Part shown: positions 12,497 through 24,770 of the stretch, piece by piece | How the letters are laid out: the number at the start of each line of letters is the position of its first letter | Position numbering within the stretch: position 1 is the first letter of the stretch | NCBI GenBank assembly: GCA_950097015.1 | Contig: CATNEN010000019.1 | Location: forward strand, 124,001-188,000 | DNA length: 64,000 nt | From: Macrostomum hystrix | Taxonomy: Eukaryota; Animalia; Platyhelminthes | Reading direction: 5' to 3' | Position numbers and translations under genes: made by a program | The notes under the pieces: model-generated | Seen by the model: only the letters and a program-made list of their open reading frames with translations | Told to the model about the DNA's origin: nothing | The model's database searches: none

Positions 12497-13459
12497 CTAT
12501 AAACGATTATAAGCCTGACTTCGCCTTTTGTCAAGAACTTATTTTGGAATGTAGAGCGGAACTCTTACTAGTTAATTACGAACGCACAAAAGAACGTTCG
12601 AATAGGCAAAGAAATGTACGAATAAACGCCTCAATACACAGAGCTCACTCGTATTTTTACACCATATTATGGTTCTAGAAGCTGAAAGAAAATGAGCACA
12701 AATGTGAGTTCGGCAGGTTGACTGTTTGTGATTTGTAACTATATTTAATTTAATTTCCATTATTTTAATTCAATAATTTGATTTAAGTACTATTTAGTCT
12801 GTATGTATTAAATCGTAAATTTGGATGATTAATATTGTACCATGAATCACCAGGAATTCCATGATTTTCTCTGCAAAAAGGCAAGGAAATCATGCCTGTT
12901 AATGGCCATATACCAATAAATGCCCCGTAATTTTTTTCTGGCAGATAATAGCCATAAACCGCCTGAAAAATGACCTCAACGAATTATAATAGCTTACTGA
13001 GGCAAAAATTTCTGGCACAATACCCATGCTTCAAGAGCATGGGTATTATTGCACTATTGTATAGACATTATGATTTAAATATATTGATTGACTAATACTT
13101 TTCTTATAAATTGTTGTTATAAGTAGCTAGTAAGTAACTAGCTAGTTTTGTGTTTTTTATACCTTATGCTGTTCCCGAGTGGTGTTTCGTGGTGATGCTG
13201 CTTTGCTTTGTGGTGATGGCATTCTTGTAATAATCACTTTTAAATATACAAAAACATGTAAATGCTAAGGGTGCTAAGAACATTTCAGGACTATTGCTTG
13301 CTCTGAGTACTTGTTAGGCCTGATTAGGCAGAGATTTGCGAAATGTCAACTATCAACTGTATTTTATTACATCATAAATTTTCATATTAGAAATTTAATA
13401 TAGGTGGTTTTTTATTTTTCAACGATTAGAAATCACTAAGGTCATGGTCGCTAAGCACG

Positions 13460-14020
13460 ATTTTATCTGCTTATCGTTTGATCAGCCCGTCAAACCAGCT
13501 TTCCAGAAATCGGCATCAAACTGATTCAGGGATTTGTTGGCTGCATGAATAACCTCATCTACTCGTAGATTCGTAAAGATCTTGCCGCGCATTGGCATCT
13601 TCATCGGGCCGAATAAGTGAAAGTCGGCGCAGGGACTAACCAGACAGTGCACATGATCACACTGCGTCCATGCCGACCTTATTGCCTTTTGGTGAGGGTG
13701 GCAAGCCTCTAGGACCCCAATGCATCGACTGCTATGTCAGCGGCTGGAACATGGCTGCGGCATCTCGTCGATTGTAATAAGCAGCTCCTTGAATTTGCTA
13801 TTTGCCCATGTCAATCCACAGCACCCAGTTCTCCAGTGAGTAAGAAGTAGGTGAGTGAGTGAGTTCTCCCACACGAGCTTTCTTGTGCTGCTCTGTAAGC
13901 TCTCGTGGAACCCACTTCGCGCAGATCTTTGAGTATCCTTAATGTTGCAGAAAGCAGGACACAGACGAACTGTATATACCACACACGCTCTCCATTTTAC
14001 GCATTCGCGACAAATTTTCA
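13460..14020 (-). mobile_element. Mariner transposase relic
   Basis: Minus strand reads SPCADFHLFGPMKMPMRGKIF...DFWKAGL...IKR, matching the mariner C-terminus (APSDFHLF). LLITIDE upstream matches the first catalytic D region. Highly decayed. Confidence 0.7.
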
Positions 14021-15771
14021 TTCAAAAAATGTAGGACAGCAGTCGCTTGGTCTTGACCTGTGCTCGGGCGTGGGCGGCCAGATCGTGGGGTATCAGGGCA
14101 AGCAGTAGTCCGGAAACTTGCAGCACCCCTCGCCACATATCGCATATAAAGACTGGTATTTTTGCTTGTTGTAGCTTAGTCTTGCACATTGTGACGTGTG
14201 CCCTCCGAATGTATTAAATAGAAACAATTGTCATTTTTTCGTTTCCTTTTGCTAACAGCTTATAAAAGAGCTTAAAGAACAGAGGCTTTCTCCAGTGTAC
14301 TCTAGATTCAAAGTCTATTCCTCTTAAAAACTGCGAGTTTCTAATAAAGCTTTCAGTAAAGATTTTCGTCTCTCGACCACTGTATTTAAACGCTAAGCTA
14401 ATTCTTCTCCCCTAATTCAGTGGAGGGCGGCTGGTCATATTTATGCACGCGGGGAAAGAAGGTTCTAGAAAGACGGGGAGAGGAAACTTCTGGAACTATG
14501 CGTAAACAAGTCCTGCTGTGGAAGTTTCTAGAAACCCTGTCTCCGAACTATCCCTGCGCGTTGCATGCATTTGCAATACACAACAAAATCAACCTCGAAT
14601 ATGGACGCACGTTTCGCTAGCCGCAACCCAGCCGCATCACTTTTTAAAATCACTTGTACCACTTGCAAAATCCGTCTTTTCTAATAGATTTTGACTATAT
14701 TTAATTGTACCACACGTTAAATTATCTTCATATTGCTAATCATGTCACTTTTGAAGCCTTCAAATTTCCGGATTTAAAAAAATCGGTGCGGCTGGCATTG
14801 GGCTGCGCCCAATCACTTGCGCCCTTGCTTTTGATTAGATTCTTGTACCGTTTTTAATTTATAAAATTTCAGCAAACTGCGCATCTTTTGAGCTCAAAAG
14901 TTGATCTGAACGAGCTTTAATAAGTCGGTATCCTACGGCTCTTTCACTAGCCTGTTTCAGTAATTAGGACATGGGCAGTAAAAGTTGGGTCCATCTCGGG
15001 GGCAAACATTTTTGCATTTGACAATGGCAAATCGATGGAGCATCTCCAGAGCATTCCAACGACACCAATAACCAACCAGAAGGCTGTAAAAGTTCATCTA
15101 AAGGTCTTGACCCCCGCCTAGGCAGATCCATGTAAGGAGATTCGGACGCACACTGGCGGCTGCCAGCTGGCCTAAATGGACAAAAATCTACGGGACATAT
15201 GGCATCGGACACGAAATTTTAGATGCTTTCTAGGTGGCGTATAATTGATTTTGGGACCCCCGATCTTAATTCTGATAGATCTGACGAAATTTAAGGCCCA
15301 GTACTTTAATTATTAAAACTGTTAGAAGTCATCGCCTTCGAAATCTGGGCTCTACTAGCCAGTATAAGAAAGTGCAACAACACTTTGAATATTGATTAGA
15401 TGGGAATTACTATGGCGCTTTTTAGGCTAATTTTGACCCGCAAAAGTACAAAAGTTTGGCCGGCCAAAATAGAAAGTGTCTATTGAGCGAAAAAAAACTT
15501 AAAACAGTACGAGCTCGTACTTTTATTAACTATACTAGCTTTTTTTGCCCGTTGTTTTTGGGGCAGAAATTTAAAGCAAAGCAGTAAGCAATTCACGTCT
15601 CTGTATTAACTTTATAGTGAAGGTCACCATTTATTTATTTACTGCATTAATGAAAAGTGAAGAGTTTGTTTAAGGGCGTTTTAAGTAAAAAAGAAGTGAA
15701 AAGTTTGTCCAAACAGCCCCCTCTTGATTACTTCTTTAGAAACATGTCTCTTAGCCACTCCTCTATACAGT

Positions 15772-16044
15772 CAGTGGCAGATCCAGGAATTTTGTTTTGG
15801 GGCGGTCTGTCAGGGGAGCGCCATGAGAATCACAGAGGGGGTGCCAGCGGCCGAAAAAGGGCGCCAGGAGCCAAGAAAGGGCGCCAGCGGCTGAAAAACG
15901 GGAGCCAGCGGCTGAAAAAGGGGCGCCAGCGGCCGAAAAGGGGCGCCAGTGCTGCGACTGGCGCCCCTGGTGGGGGCATCTTATTCCCATGATTAAAATT
16001 TAGGGGGGCGACTGCCCCCCCGCCCCCCCCTAAATCTGCCTCTG
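15772..16044. mobile_element. hAT-like MITE nested in the Helitron 3' region
   Basis: Imperfect TIRs CAGTGGCAGAT/ATCTGCCTCTG, 8-bp TSD TATACAGT, and internal GC-rich repeats of about 22 bp. Confidence 0.85.
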
Positions 16045-16196
16045 TATACAGTATGCATGTGCACGCGTATACATAAGGAAAATAGCCATGGCATAACAAT
16101 AACAATGTCAAAGAAACAAAATTAAACTGTTTCAGAGTTCAGAGTTAGACAGGTCAAGGTCAATTCGTGACTACTTTTCTATTAATTGCTTGCGAG

Positions 16197-17153
16197 TCAC
16201 CTCAAGGCCTGGGGATACACCACATTCTTCGTTCTTCCCCTTGGTGCGAAAATGAATAGGCCAGCTGGATTTCCAACACGGGAGCAGGCGACATAAAGCT
16301 GCCCATGCGAGAAGCAAGGAGTCTCCAGGTTGATGCCAGCCACCTTCAGCGACTGTCCCTGAGCCTTGTTAATAGTCATCGCAAAGCACACTCTCACAGG
16401 GAACTGCAGTCGCTTGAACTGAAATGGCAGGTCCGTGGGGATAATTGGAATCCGGGGAACGAACACAGACTCTCCTCTGCCAGATCCAGTCATTATCGTG
16501 GCCTCAATCACGTGTGGGAAGAGCCGCCTGACTATCAGTCTGGTGCCGTTACACAGCCTTGGCGCATTCAGGTTGCGGAGGAGCATAATTGGTGCCCCAA
16601 CTTTCAGCTGCAAGTTGTGCGATGGAGTTCCAGGAGGATCTAGAGAGTTCAGAAACTCAACAGGATACTCCACAGCGGTGTCATCAGTCAACGTTGTATC
16701 AATTGACTTGTAGGTGAAAACTGCACCTGGCAACTCCTGAAGCAGTTGGTAGTTAATTTCGTTGGCGGCATCATTTCTAGGACACAGAATTGCCCTCTCT
16801 GACAGCCAGTCAACGTCAGCATATCGAACCATCAGGTTCGGGTAAACTTTTGCCTTGAGCTCCTGCACTGACTGCACAATGGTTCCGATTGTAGCGATCG
16901 ATGACTGCCCATCCTCGGTGCTAATCTCCAGCAGACCATTGCCGATTCGCAATAGATTGGCAGAGAACTCATGAGCTGTTTCGTCTCCTTGAATTGTAGC
17001 TCTCATGTTTGTTCGTAGGTGCAACTGCACAACCGATGGCCACAGGTGAGATGATTTTAGGCAAGCATTAATCTCATCAGCAGGAGTGCCACGCGGAATC
17101 ACAGGCAGCGTCTGTCTAAAGTCTCCAGACAGCAGCAGAGTGACACCACCCAT
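16197..17153 (-). CDS. PIF1-like helicase, C-terminal half (Helitron)
   Basis: GDFRQTLPV, LRTNMR, RAILCPRN, GAPIMLLRNL, CNGTRL, FAMTINKAQGQSL and HGQLYVACSRV motifs. No stops, but the Walker A half is missing. Confidence 0.92.
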   Translation of the reverse strand: MGGVTLLLSGDFRQTLPVIPRGTPADEINACLKSSHLWPSVVQLHLRTNMRATIQGDETAHEFSANLLRIGNGLLEISTEDGQSSIATIGTIVQSVQELKAKVYPNLMVRYADVDWLSERAILCPRNDAANEINYQLLQELPGAVFTYKSIDTTLTDDTAVEYPVEFLNSLDPPGTPSHNLQLKVGAPIMLLRNLNAPRLCNGTRLIVRRLFPHVIEATIMTGSGRGESVFVPRIPIIPTDLPFQFKRLQFPVRVCFAMTINKAQGQSLKVAGINLETPCFSHGQLYVACSRVGNPAGLFIFAPRGRTKNVVYPQALR

Positions 17154-17824
17154 CAGTTGATCGCCAGCCTCTCTCTTTCTTCTATCCCAGGCTGGCTGGA
17201 GAGAAATATCGACCGGAGAGCCCTGCGCACTGGGACGCCACCGCACTCACCGCACTCAGTCTCAGTGCTGCTTGGGGGCCAGTAGACAGTCTAGGGGTTT
17301 GGGCTGTGTACATTCACGGCTTGAAATACAATGTACAGTCTGGGGCTTCGGCACCCGGGGAAGGGAGGGGGTGGCTGTAATAAAATTTGGCCCGCAGAGT
17401 GGCGGAGGGGAGTTGGGGTGGCTGTCCTCGGAAAACAAAAAGTGACTCACTTTGAGATGATGCAGCTTTGCTCTGGATTGAGTAGAGATGTTCAAAATTG
17501 ACAGCATTGTTGGAAAACATGTAAAGTGTAAGTGGATCAAATTTGGAGAAAATCTGACAAAGTGGGGCGACGATATGTCGAATTGAGTGATTTTTTGACG
17601 ATTTTTGAGCAGTTTTTTGCACTTTTGAGCAGGAAGGAAATGATTTTTCGGGAATTTGAGTAGCCTATTGCACTCAGCGTAGGTGGTTTTAGGTATGTGC
17701 AAAGTTTGGTGCGATTTGGTTGAGCGGTTTCGGCGTCTATAAAGACAAAAGGTTGCACACACACAGACAGACAGACAGACAGAGTTTTCACTTTTATATA
17801 TATAGATTGCATAATCGACTAGCG

Positions 17825-18323
17825 CAGGGGTAGGCAAACTTATTTGCTGGCGGGCCAAAGAGAGAGCCTAAAAGACGACAGCGGGCCGCATTGACTGTAT
17901 AAATATGAGATAGGGGAGAGATGAGACACAGGAGAGATGAGACACAGGAAAGATGGGACACGGGAGAGATTAGACACGAGAGAGATTAGACACGGGAGAG
18001 ATTAGACACGAGAGAGATTAGACACGGGAGAGATTAGACACGGGAGAGATTAGACACGGGAGAGATTAGACACGAGAGAGATTAGACACGGGAGAGATTA
18101 GACACGGGAGAGATTAGACACGGGAGAGATTAGACACGAGAGAGATTAGACACGGGAGAGATTAGACACGGGAGAGATTAGACACGGGAGAGATTAGATA
18201 CGGGAGAGATGAGACGCGAGAGAGATGAAACAGGACACTGTAGATGTCAGAAGGGGCAACGGGCCGGATTTGGGAGCTTCGAGGGCCGCATCTGGCCCGC
18301 GGGCCGGAGTTTGCCGACCCCTG
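17825..18323. mobile_element. hAT (Charlie-like) MITE carrying a 16-bp minisatellite
   Basis: TIRs CAGGGGTAGGCAAACT/AGTTTGCCGACCCCTG, 8-bp TSD GACTAGCG, and an internal array of GGGAGAGATTAGACAC (about 17915..18230). Confidence 0.88.
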
Positions 18324-18856
18324 GACTAGCGCAATCTGTAGCCGAAGTGGCGGCCTCTCTAAGTGGGCCTATCAATTGACAATGACACATTTTTGACGCT
18401 TAATGCATGAAAATGAATTAATTCGTTCAACACGATTTCGAATTTTCATCAACTGGGGAAAGACCGTCATGGATTACCATTAACGATCTTCTTGCTTAGC
18501 AGCCTTAATCGCACAGATTTTTCGACGGTTAGGTGTAACGGTCATGAGGGTTAGTGTAGCGGTAATATCGTCGAATTATATTTGATATCAATAAGTGTGT
18601 ATTATATATATCCAAAGTAATCCCGATGCTCACACGCTCGACACAAGGCACGGTAGAGCAGAAAAATATACATACGTTGCTTTTTAAAAAGGACAGCTAA
18701 TTCTTAGAATGATACAATATAACAATAATTAGTAAACATGCTTAGCATATAAATAATAATCTTGTCAGCAACTTGTAATGTAGCGAATTACTATAAAATA
18801 AATAAGCAATTAAACTACCAATTAAACTACAATTAAAGGTTACACCGTCACAACGC

Positions 18857-19380
18857 TTGTGAACTCATGAGTGGGTCTTTCACCGCATTGTTTTCCGCAT
18901 GGTTTTCCGCACGGTTTTTTTTCGTGTAAAAATAAAAAAAAATTTGTATGGTGTAAAAATTACTGTGAAACTGTAATTTAATTTAATGGATGGTATGATA
19001 TGACCTGGTATAGTATTAATCTTGTATGATGAAGTAGTCTATATGTTAGCATATGACATGATCTGGTATGATATGGTATGATATGGCATAATCTGGTATG
19101 ATATGGCATGATTTTGTATTATATGGCCTGATATGGTATAATATGGCATGTTATGGTATGATATGGCATGATCTGGTAAGATATGACCTAGTATCATATA
19201 ATCTTGTATGATATAGTTGTTAGAATCTCTTTCATATGTTTGCTAAAAATGTTACCAAGGATTATTGCAGCACATGAGTGCTTTATTCAAGTCAGCATGA
19301 TGCAAAAATACAGGAAAAAAACCATGCGGAAAACCATGCGGAAAACAATGCGGTGAAAGATTTATACGTTGTGAACTCAT
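18857..19380. repeat. Foldback-like element with a central (ATATGGTATG)n-type satellite
   Basis: Inverted arms of about 45 bp (18876..18920 versus 19315..19360), a 12-bp flanking direct repeat TTGTGAACTCAT, and degenerate 10-mer repeats at about 18990..19210. Confidence 0.65.
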
Positions 19381-21150
19381 TGACTTGCTTCGCTTGTATT
19401 CTTCCAATTGATCACGAAGTGGTTATATTTAGGTCTTACTTTTCAGTAGTTACAGAAACCAATAAGTAAAATTCAAGCGAAGCAAGACTAGGCCTATGAC
19501 CATTGTTTCAATGAAAATGTAAATGTGTAGTTGTACTGAAATTCAGCGAATCAAAAAAGTTTTCAGATTATTTCTCCTGAAGTAGGCCTACTGAAAAAAT
19601 CTTCAGTTTTAGTTTGTTGAAACGGTAAAAATTTTGTGCACTGCGCATAAGTGTACTTGTTCAAAGAGAAGTTATATGATTTTGTGCTTTGTAGAAACAG
19701 CTTGGTGTGTGCATGCAAGACTTCATATTCTGAACTTGGACTGTTTACTCTGTCTGCTTCAGGCACTGCAGAGACCAACTTCAAATTTGTAGTATACTCC
19801 TCTCTTTCATTTTTGCTTACTAGCTGGGCAATGAGCTTGAACTTTTGTTATATATGTATGTACACTAAAGCACCTGTGGTACGTGAGTTTTGTGAATTAA
19901 AAACACTGTTTGAATGCTATTGTTGGTCTTGTCAGTATCAGAATGTTGTGCGGGGGCTATCTGTTATTTTATGCGGTAGAACACTTTCCAGCGAGCAATT
20001 GCACTGGAAAGAATAGTTTGGAAGCATATATTTGCTAAGAATTTTTAATTTCTGTTACCTTACAAAATCTAGTTTGTTGTTGATAGCAATGTAAGAGATG
20101 GGTGGAATTCTACTTCATAGTGAAATACCCAATCGTTCCGAAAGATGTCTAAACCGCATGCTTTTCAAGGCTTTGGTGCCCCGGTTCTCACTGCCGCCGC
20201 CGTGAAATCCATTCTTGCCGCCTTGCAGGACCTGCCGCAAGTGCAGCTGGTTGTAGGCTTGGAGTCACTTGTTCATGTTGACTCGGAATAGGGACACTGA
20301 CACCCTGAAATGAACTCGAAATGAACTTACATATTATGCATATTAATATATGCATATGCATCAGCAAAATAAATTGCATGTAACTAACAGGCGTTCGAGC
20401 ACAGTTTTTCTTTAAAAAGTTACCTTTCCTTTAAAATGCTCACGCTGTTTTTTTCTCAATAAAAATCTCTTAAAGAAAATAACTCAATTTGGTTGAAGAA
20501 TAAGTTGACATTCGTTCTTAATGCTTTCCTTAGATCAGATTCGGAAACGCACTGACGAAAAAACTAAACAGAATCTAAATTAAATGGCAGCATGTTTCTT
20601 CATGCTCTTCTGTTTGTATGATTACTAGCTTTTATTTAAAAAAGATGTTTTCAGACTGATTAGAGATAATAAGTTTTTTAAGCATATCTAAGTTGGCTGC
20701 AGATAGCAGTACGAGTAGTTCAAATTGATCATGCTAATGTTATATATAGTTGTCGTGTATGTAGCGTCATTGTTTATAGGATTTCATAGACAGGAGTACT
20801 AAGTGCCTAAGAAATGTGTGCACTCATTCACGATCGTCTCGTGTCTACTGCGCTATCAGCCTGGGCAGTATTGTTACGCTCATTATGAACTTCATTTTTC
20901 AAGCACCAGAACCTCATAATGCTCATGCTTGTGCTCCTTGCCACCCCACGGGAAGTAAGCGCAGTTATGGTCCCTATGAATCTTGCCGACGCACATCGAG
21001 CCGTTGACCTGAAAGTTTGAGAATAGCGAGTTTATGTACGGCTCATAAGTACAACCCATCATGTTCACGTAGCTGCGTAGTGCGTACATGTTAAATGAGC
21101 TGTGCTATTGCTAATAAAATGATACAAGCGAAATAAAATAATCACCTCTC

Positions 21151-22000
21151 AGTAGTATGCAAGAGGGGGCTTCTAGGACAAAAATAATCGCAGCCTCCAT
21201 TATCCACAAACCATTACTTTTATTATTCCCGAAGAGATCAGGAAAAAAAGGGTCCCCGCCTCTCTCTAAAAAACTCCGTCTCCATATTCTAAATTCTCTA
21301 CTTTTAATATTGCACATCAGTTTGTGAGTTGAATATCTAGGACAAAAATTATCGCAGCCTCCTTAATGCACAAACCATTACCTTTCCTGAAGGAAAAAGG
21401 TTCCCCGCCAATAAAAAATCTGTCTCTACAGTTTGTGAACTTGGACAAAACAAATTATCGCAGCCACTCCCTAAGAGATCATGCACAAAATAGCGAAGCT
21501 GCAAAAAGCGTGCCAAGACAATCAAATTAGCACTAAAATCCCAATCCCCAAACTCAAGACCCCAAACTTAGGGTGCTCATCCTCCGAAAAAAAATTATAT
21601 TCTCATTAAAAATGCTCCCAATCGTCTCTCCAGGATCTTATTACAAAAGTCATGAGCCTAATTACAAGAGTAAATACCGATGCAAACAAGAATGCAGCGA
21701 GTACATGAGAAAATATTGGCCCAACGTCGATATCAATGTCCCTAATATTAATCAAGCTCTCCAAAGACACTGGTTTCATAAGTATGGAGTAACCATAAAG
21801 GACTATGACAGCTACTATAACTTTGCAGAAATCATTAAGCAGCTTACATTCGCTCAATGATCAACGTCAATACAAACTCTTCACCGTTGAAATCAACGCC
21901 AACACCATCTTCAGTCTCAAACTGCAGCACAATCTCGTGAATCTCCTTATTACTCTTTTCACTGGATTTGGTTTCTCTACCAGCATCTGACCTCCAGAAC
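21151..22000 (+). repeat. Left terminal inverted repeat (about 850 bp)
   Basis: Reverse complement of about 35226..36087. The outer ~160 bp are identical; the inner parts carry substitutions and indels. Confidence 0.93.
21612..21860 (+). CDS. 82-aa TIR-encoded protein of unknown function (left copy)
   Basis: Open in both TIRs. The ATG is preceded by CATTAAAA, the same context as the pPolB start. Confidence 0.6.
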   Translation: MLPIVSPGSYYKSHEPNYKSKYRCKQECSEYMRKYWPNVDINVPNINQALQRHWFHKYGVTIKDYDSYYNFAEIIKQLTFAQ

Positions 22001-22369
22001 TCCTCCAGAAATCGAAAAGCAAACTTAAAAGCTTTCTAAAACATACTGAGTTGGTAGTTCAATGATTCACAAGTATATTTACATAAGATGCAAAGGAGGA
22101 AAAAGCTGACACTATGAGGGCGCAGTGCCATCCGGTTGAGAATTTCCTCCGCGAAGTGCGAGCTAGTTGCAAGGCTGGAAATGAGTGAAGATTGAGAAAG
22201 AGCAAGATATTTTAGACCCTCACACAATACAAAATCGATATTATTCGGATCCAGAATAATATTGATTTTCCTCGTGCTCATTTCGTGTACAGCAAATTGT
22301 ATAGGGCAGAGTTCTTCCAGGGTTGATATAGATTTATACTTACTGGGTATACGTGCGCGTATTGGGTCT

Positions 22370-23041
22370 TTAACCCTCCTGCATATCCTCGGTTCCACCA
22401 GCTGCTGCCACATTTGCCGCCCCAGGAATAACAACGTTACCATGAGCACCTTCTGGCATTTGATTGGCTTGCGGAACTGTCGGGTCAGTCCAAATATTTG
22501 CGTCGCGTTGGAAGCGGTACTCACTTAAAATGAGAGTAGCGTTATCCAACAAGAAAGAAACTCGGACTTTACAGTGTTGCAACCGAGGCAGCGATGTCAG
22601 AAGTTCATAGATTTTGAGCTTCTTCTGCACCTCATGTTCCTTAACACCAAAAGTTTCCGCAACCCTCCGATTTGATGCCCGATGTCTGGATTTTTCCTTC
22701 TTATATATAAGCCCCATGCAGAAAGCCGCAGCAACAGACTTCCCATCCACCTGTTGCTCCGTTTTTAAGAGTTCTGTATGGGGCGTACGATAAGAATCGT
22801 CCGAATCCATTTTGAATTCGGCAACAAAGTTCCTCATTTGTTGATAACTAAGAAGCGAATCTTCATCAGCAAAAAATGATCGGCGAAGTTCGGCAAACAC
22901 CATTTCGGTTCTCATGGCATAGTTGCGATCCTGGACCTCCATGGCCGCTCTTGACCGAATTCGCTGGTTCTCAACTTTTTCATTGAAGAAATGATGAAGA
23001 ACTTCTCGAATTCTCTCTGATGCCTGTTCGTTGGCATGCAA
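22370..23041 (-). CDS. Polinton accessory protein with a putative helix-turn-helix
   Basis: Long open frame containing SNRRVAETFGVKEHEVQKKLKIYELL (HTH-like spacing). Start uncertain: first in-frame ATG at 22942. Confidence 0.6.
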   Translation of the reverse strand: MHANEQASERIREVLHHFFNEKVENQRIRSRAAMEVQDRNYAMRTEMVFAELRRSFFADEDSLLSYQQMRNFVAEFKMDSDDSYRTPHTELLKTEQQVDGKSVAAAFCMGLIYKKEKSRHRASNRRVAETFGVKEHEVQKKLKIYELLTSLPRLQHCKVRVSFLLDNATLILSEYRFQRDANIWTDPTVPQANQMPEGAHGNVVIPGAANVAAAGGTEDMQEG

Positions 23042-23278
23042 TCCTTCAACGAGGCGACCGTGGAGATTTTCTAGGTCAGTTGAGTAGAACGTAATTTTTT
23101 GTGGACTAAAAATAAATATTTAATTAAAATAAGATATATTTCAATTCTTACCATAGGATTATCAGGAAGTAAAAATAAATAAATAAACTTACAACATGAT
23201 GAAATCAGCAGCTACAACAGTGGAGTATCGTGCGTGACGAAGAACGTTCGCGGGTGAAATGAGCTGAATTTGCTTGAA

Positions 23279-23734
23279 TCACTCTGCGCTCTCAACACCC
23301 AGCTCTTTCAGCAGAACTCCTAGTTCTTTACTTGGAGCATGCAATATAAAGCCAATTCCACCACCACCCACCCCACCAATCCCCAACCCCAACTTTGTCT
23401 TACCAAAAATAACAGCTTTAACTAGCTTTCGAGCGATCGATTCCTTCCACCCGCTTGAAGCCCCCATATTGTCTAGCATTCTGAGCATTTCTTTGTCCCA
23501 GCGAGTCTTCTCCTCTGGAAAATCCCTATACTTAATATCATGCCACATACAGACAGAGTCTAGCTCGTTCACAGGCTCATGCCCAGGATTTGGATTATTG
23601 TTTTTATCGAGCTGCATTTCAAGCGGATTCAAAGGCCCGCAATATTTGTAGCCGGGAATTGTCCAGCCTTTGTTTGGATGAGGAAGCTTTTCTACCAGTC
23701 CATGTGAGTCTAGTTTACCACCAGAGCGTTGCAT
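23279..23734 (-). CDS. Parvovirus VP1-type phospholipase A2 (PLA2X)
   Basis: Ca-binding loop PGYKYCGPLN and catalytic HDIKY (HDxxY) motif. Confidence 0.92.
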   Translation of the reverse strand: MQRSGGKLDSHGLVEKLPHPNKGWTIPGYKYCGPLNPLEMQLDKNNNPNPGHEPVNELDSVCMWHDIKYRDFPEEKTRWDKEMLRMLDNMGASSGWKESIARKLVKAVIFGKTKLGLGIGGVGGGGIGFILHAPSKELGVLLKELGVESAE

Positions 23735-23763
23735 GATTTTTATAAAAAATTAAATAAAAAATA

Positions 23764-24753
23764 ATGGCAGATTCGAAACTTCAAAAGCTCTACTACAGCG
23801 ACAAAGGATTCTTTGTGGGAAAAAATGCAGGCACCAAACTCGCAGAACTAAGCAATGAATCAAAACAAACAGTTGAAAGATGGCTCTCTAAGCAAGCAGT
23901 TTACCAAGTCTATTTCCCACCTGTTAAATTTACAAGACCTCACTTTAACATCTATAAACTTAATGAAGCGCACCAAGCAGATCTTCTGTTTCTCCCCAAT
24001 GACTCAGGCTACAAGTATGCGCTCACAGTTATAGACATTGCCTCCAGATATAAAGAAGCCAGACCGCTTAAGACTAAGAAGTCAGAAGCAGTAGCAGCTG
24101 CCCTCCAAGACATTTACAAAAACTCACCGCTCACATACCCCCAAACCTTTATGACTGATCCTGGTAAAGAATTCATGGGAGCAGTCAAATCCCTTATGGA
24201 AAAGAACAATACGAAAATGCGCTATGGAAGAACTGAACTCCATAGAGACCAGGCTTTTGTTGAAAGATTCAATCTAACTCTAGCAAAGAGACTTTTCACA
24301 AAGCAGACAGCTGAAGAGCTGAAACTAAAAAGTGGCCAATACTATACCAAGTGGACAGAAAGACTCCCCGCAGTAATAAGTCAAGTGAACAATGAAGTAT
24401 CTCGAATGACAAACCTGAAACCAAATACTGCCATCAAACAAGACACAGTTGAATCAAAACATCCGATCGCCAATTTCAACTATCCAAAGCTCCCTGGTGT
24501 TTATTCTCCGGAAGTTCTTACTAACACTGAATTCGTTCGCTTCCTTTACTTACCAGGAGAGCTGGAGAAGGACACAAAGAGAAGAGCAACAGACCCATAC
24601 TTTAGTCTTGATGTACATAAGATAAACAGGCATTTCACATCAGCATCCGGTGATTAATATTTTCTATCCCAAGACTTTAATTCAAAAGCCCCCACACGAT
24701 CATTCACAAGGGCCGAGCTTCTATTGATTCCACATGACACAGAAATAAATTAA
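23764..24753 (+). pseudogene. Retroviral-like DDE integrase with one premature stop
   Basis: HQADLLFL, YALTVIDIASRY, TDPGKEF and VERFN motifs. After an in-frame TAA at 24655..24657 the frame continues YFLSQ...RSFTRAELLLIPHDTEIN, resembling the Polinton integrase tail. Confidence 0.93.
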
Positions 24754-24770
24754 TTTTTTTTTTAAATAAA

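Larger units (their letters stand above)
15535..17806 (-). mobile_element. Non-autonomous Helitron copy A (5' end fused to the C-terminal half of the helicase)
   Basis: 5' end A|TCTATATATATAAAAG; 3' hairpin TGCCCCAAAAACAACGGGCA followed by CTAG|T. Nearly identical ends to 59847..62509. Confidence 0.93.

Noticed and set aside
14400-15380. Possible MITE remnants and an imperfect inverted repeat (about 14625..14800)
   Set aside because: No matching termini or TSD could be defined.
20188-20310. Possible orphan terminal exon after a TTTCAG acceptor on the minus strand
   Set aside because: Short, with no recognisable domain and no partner exon identified.
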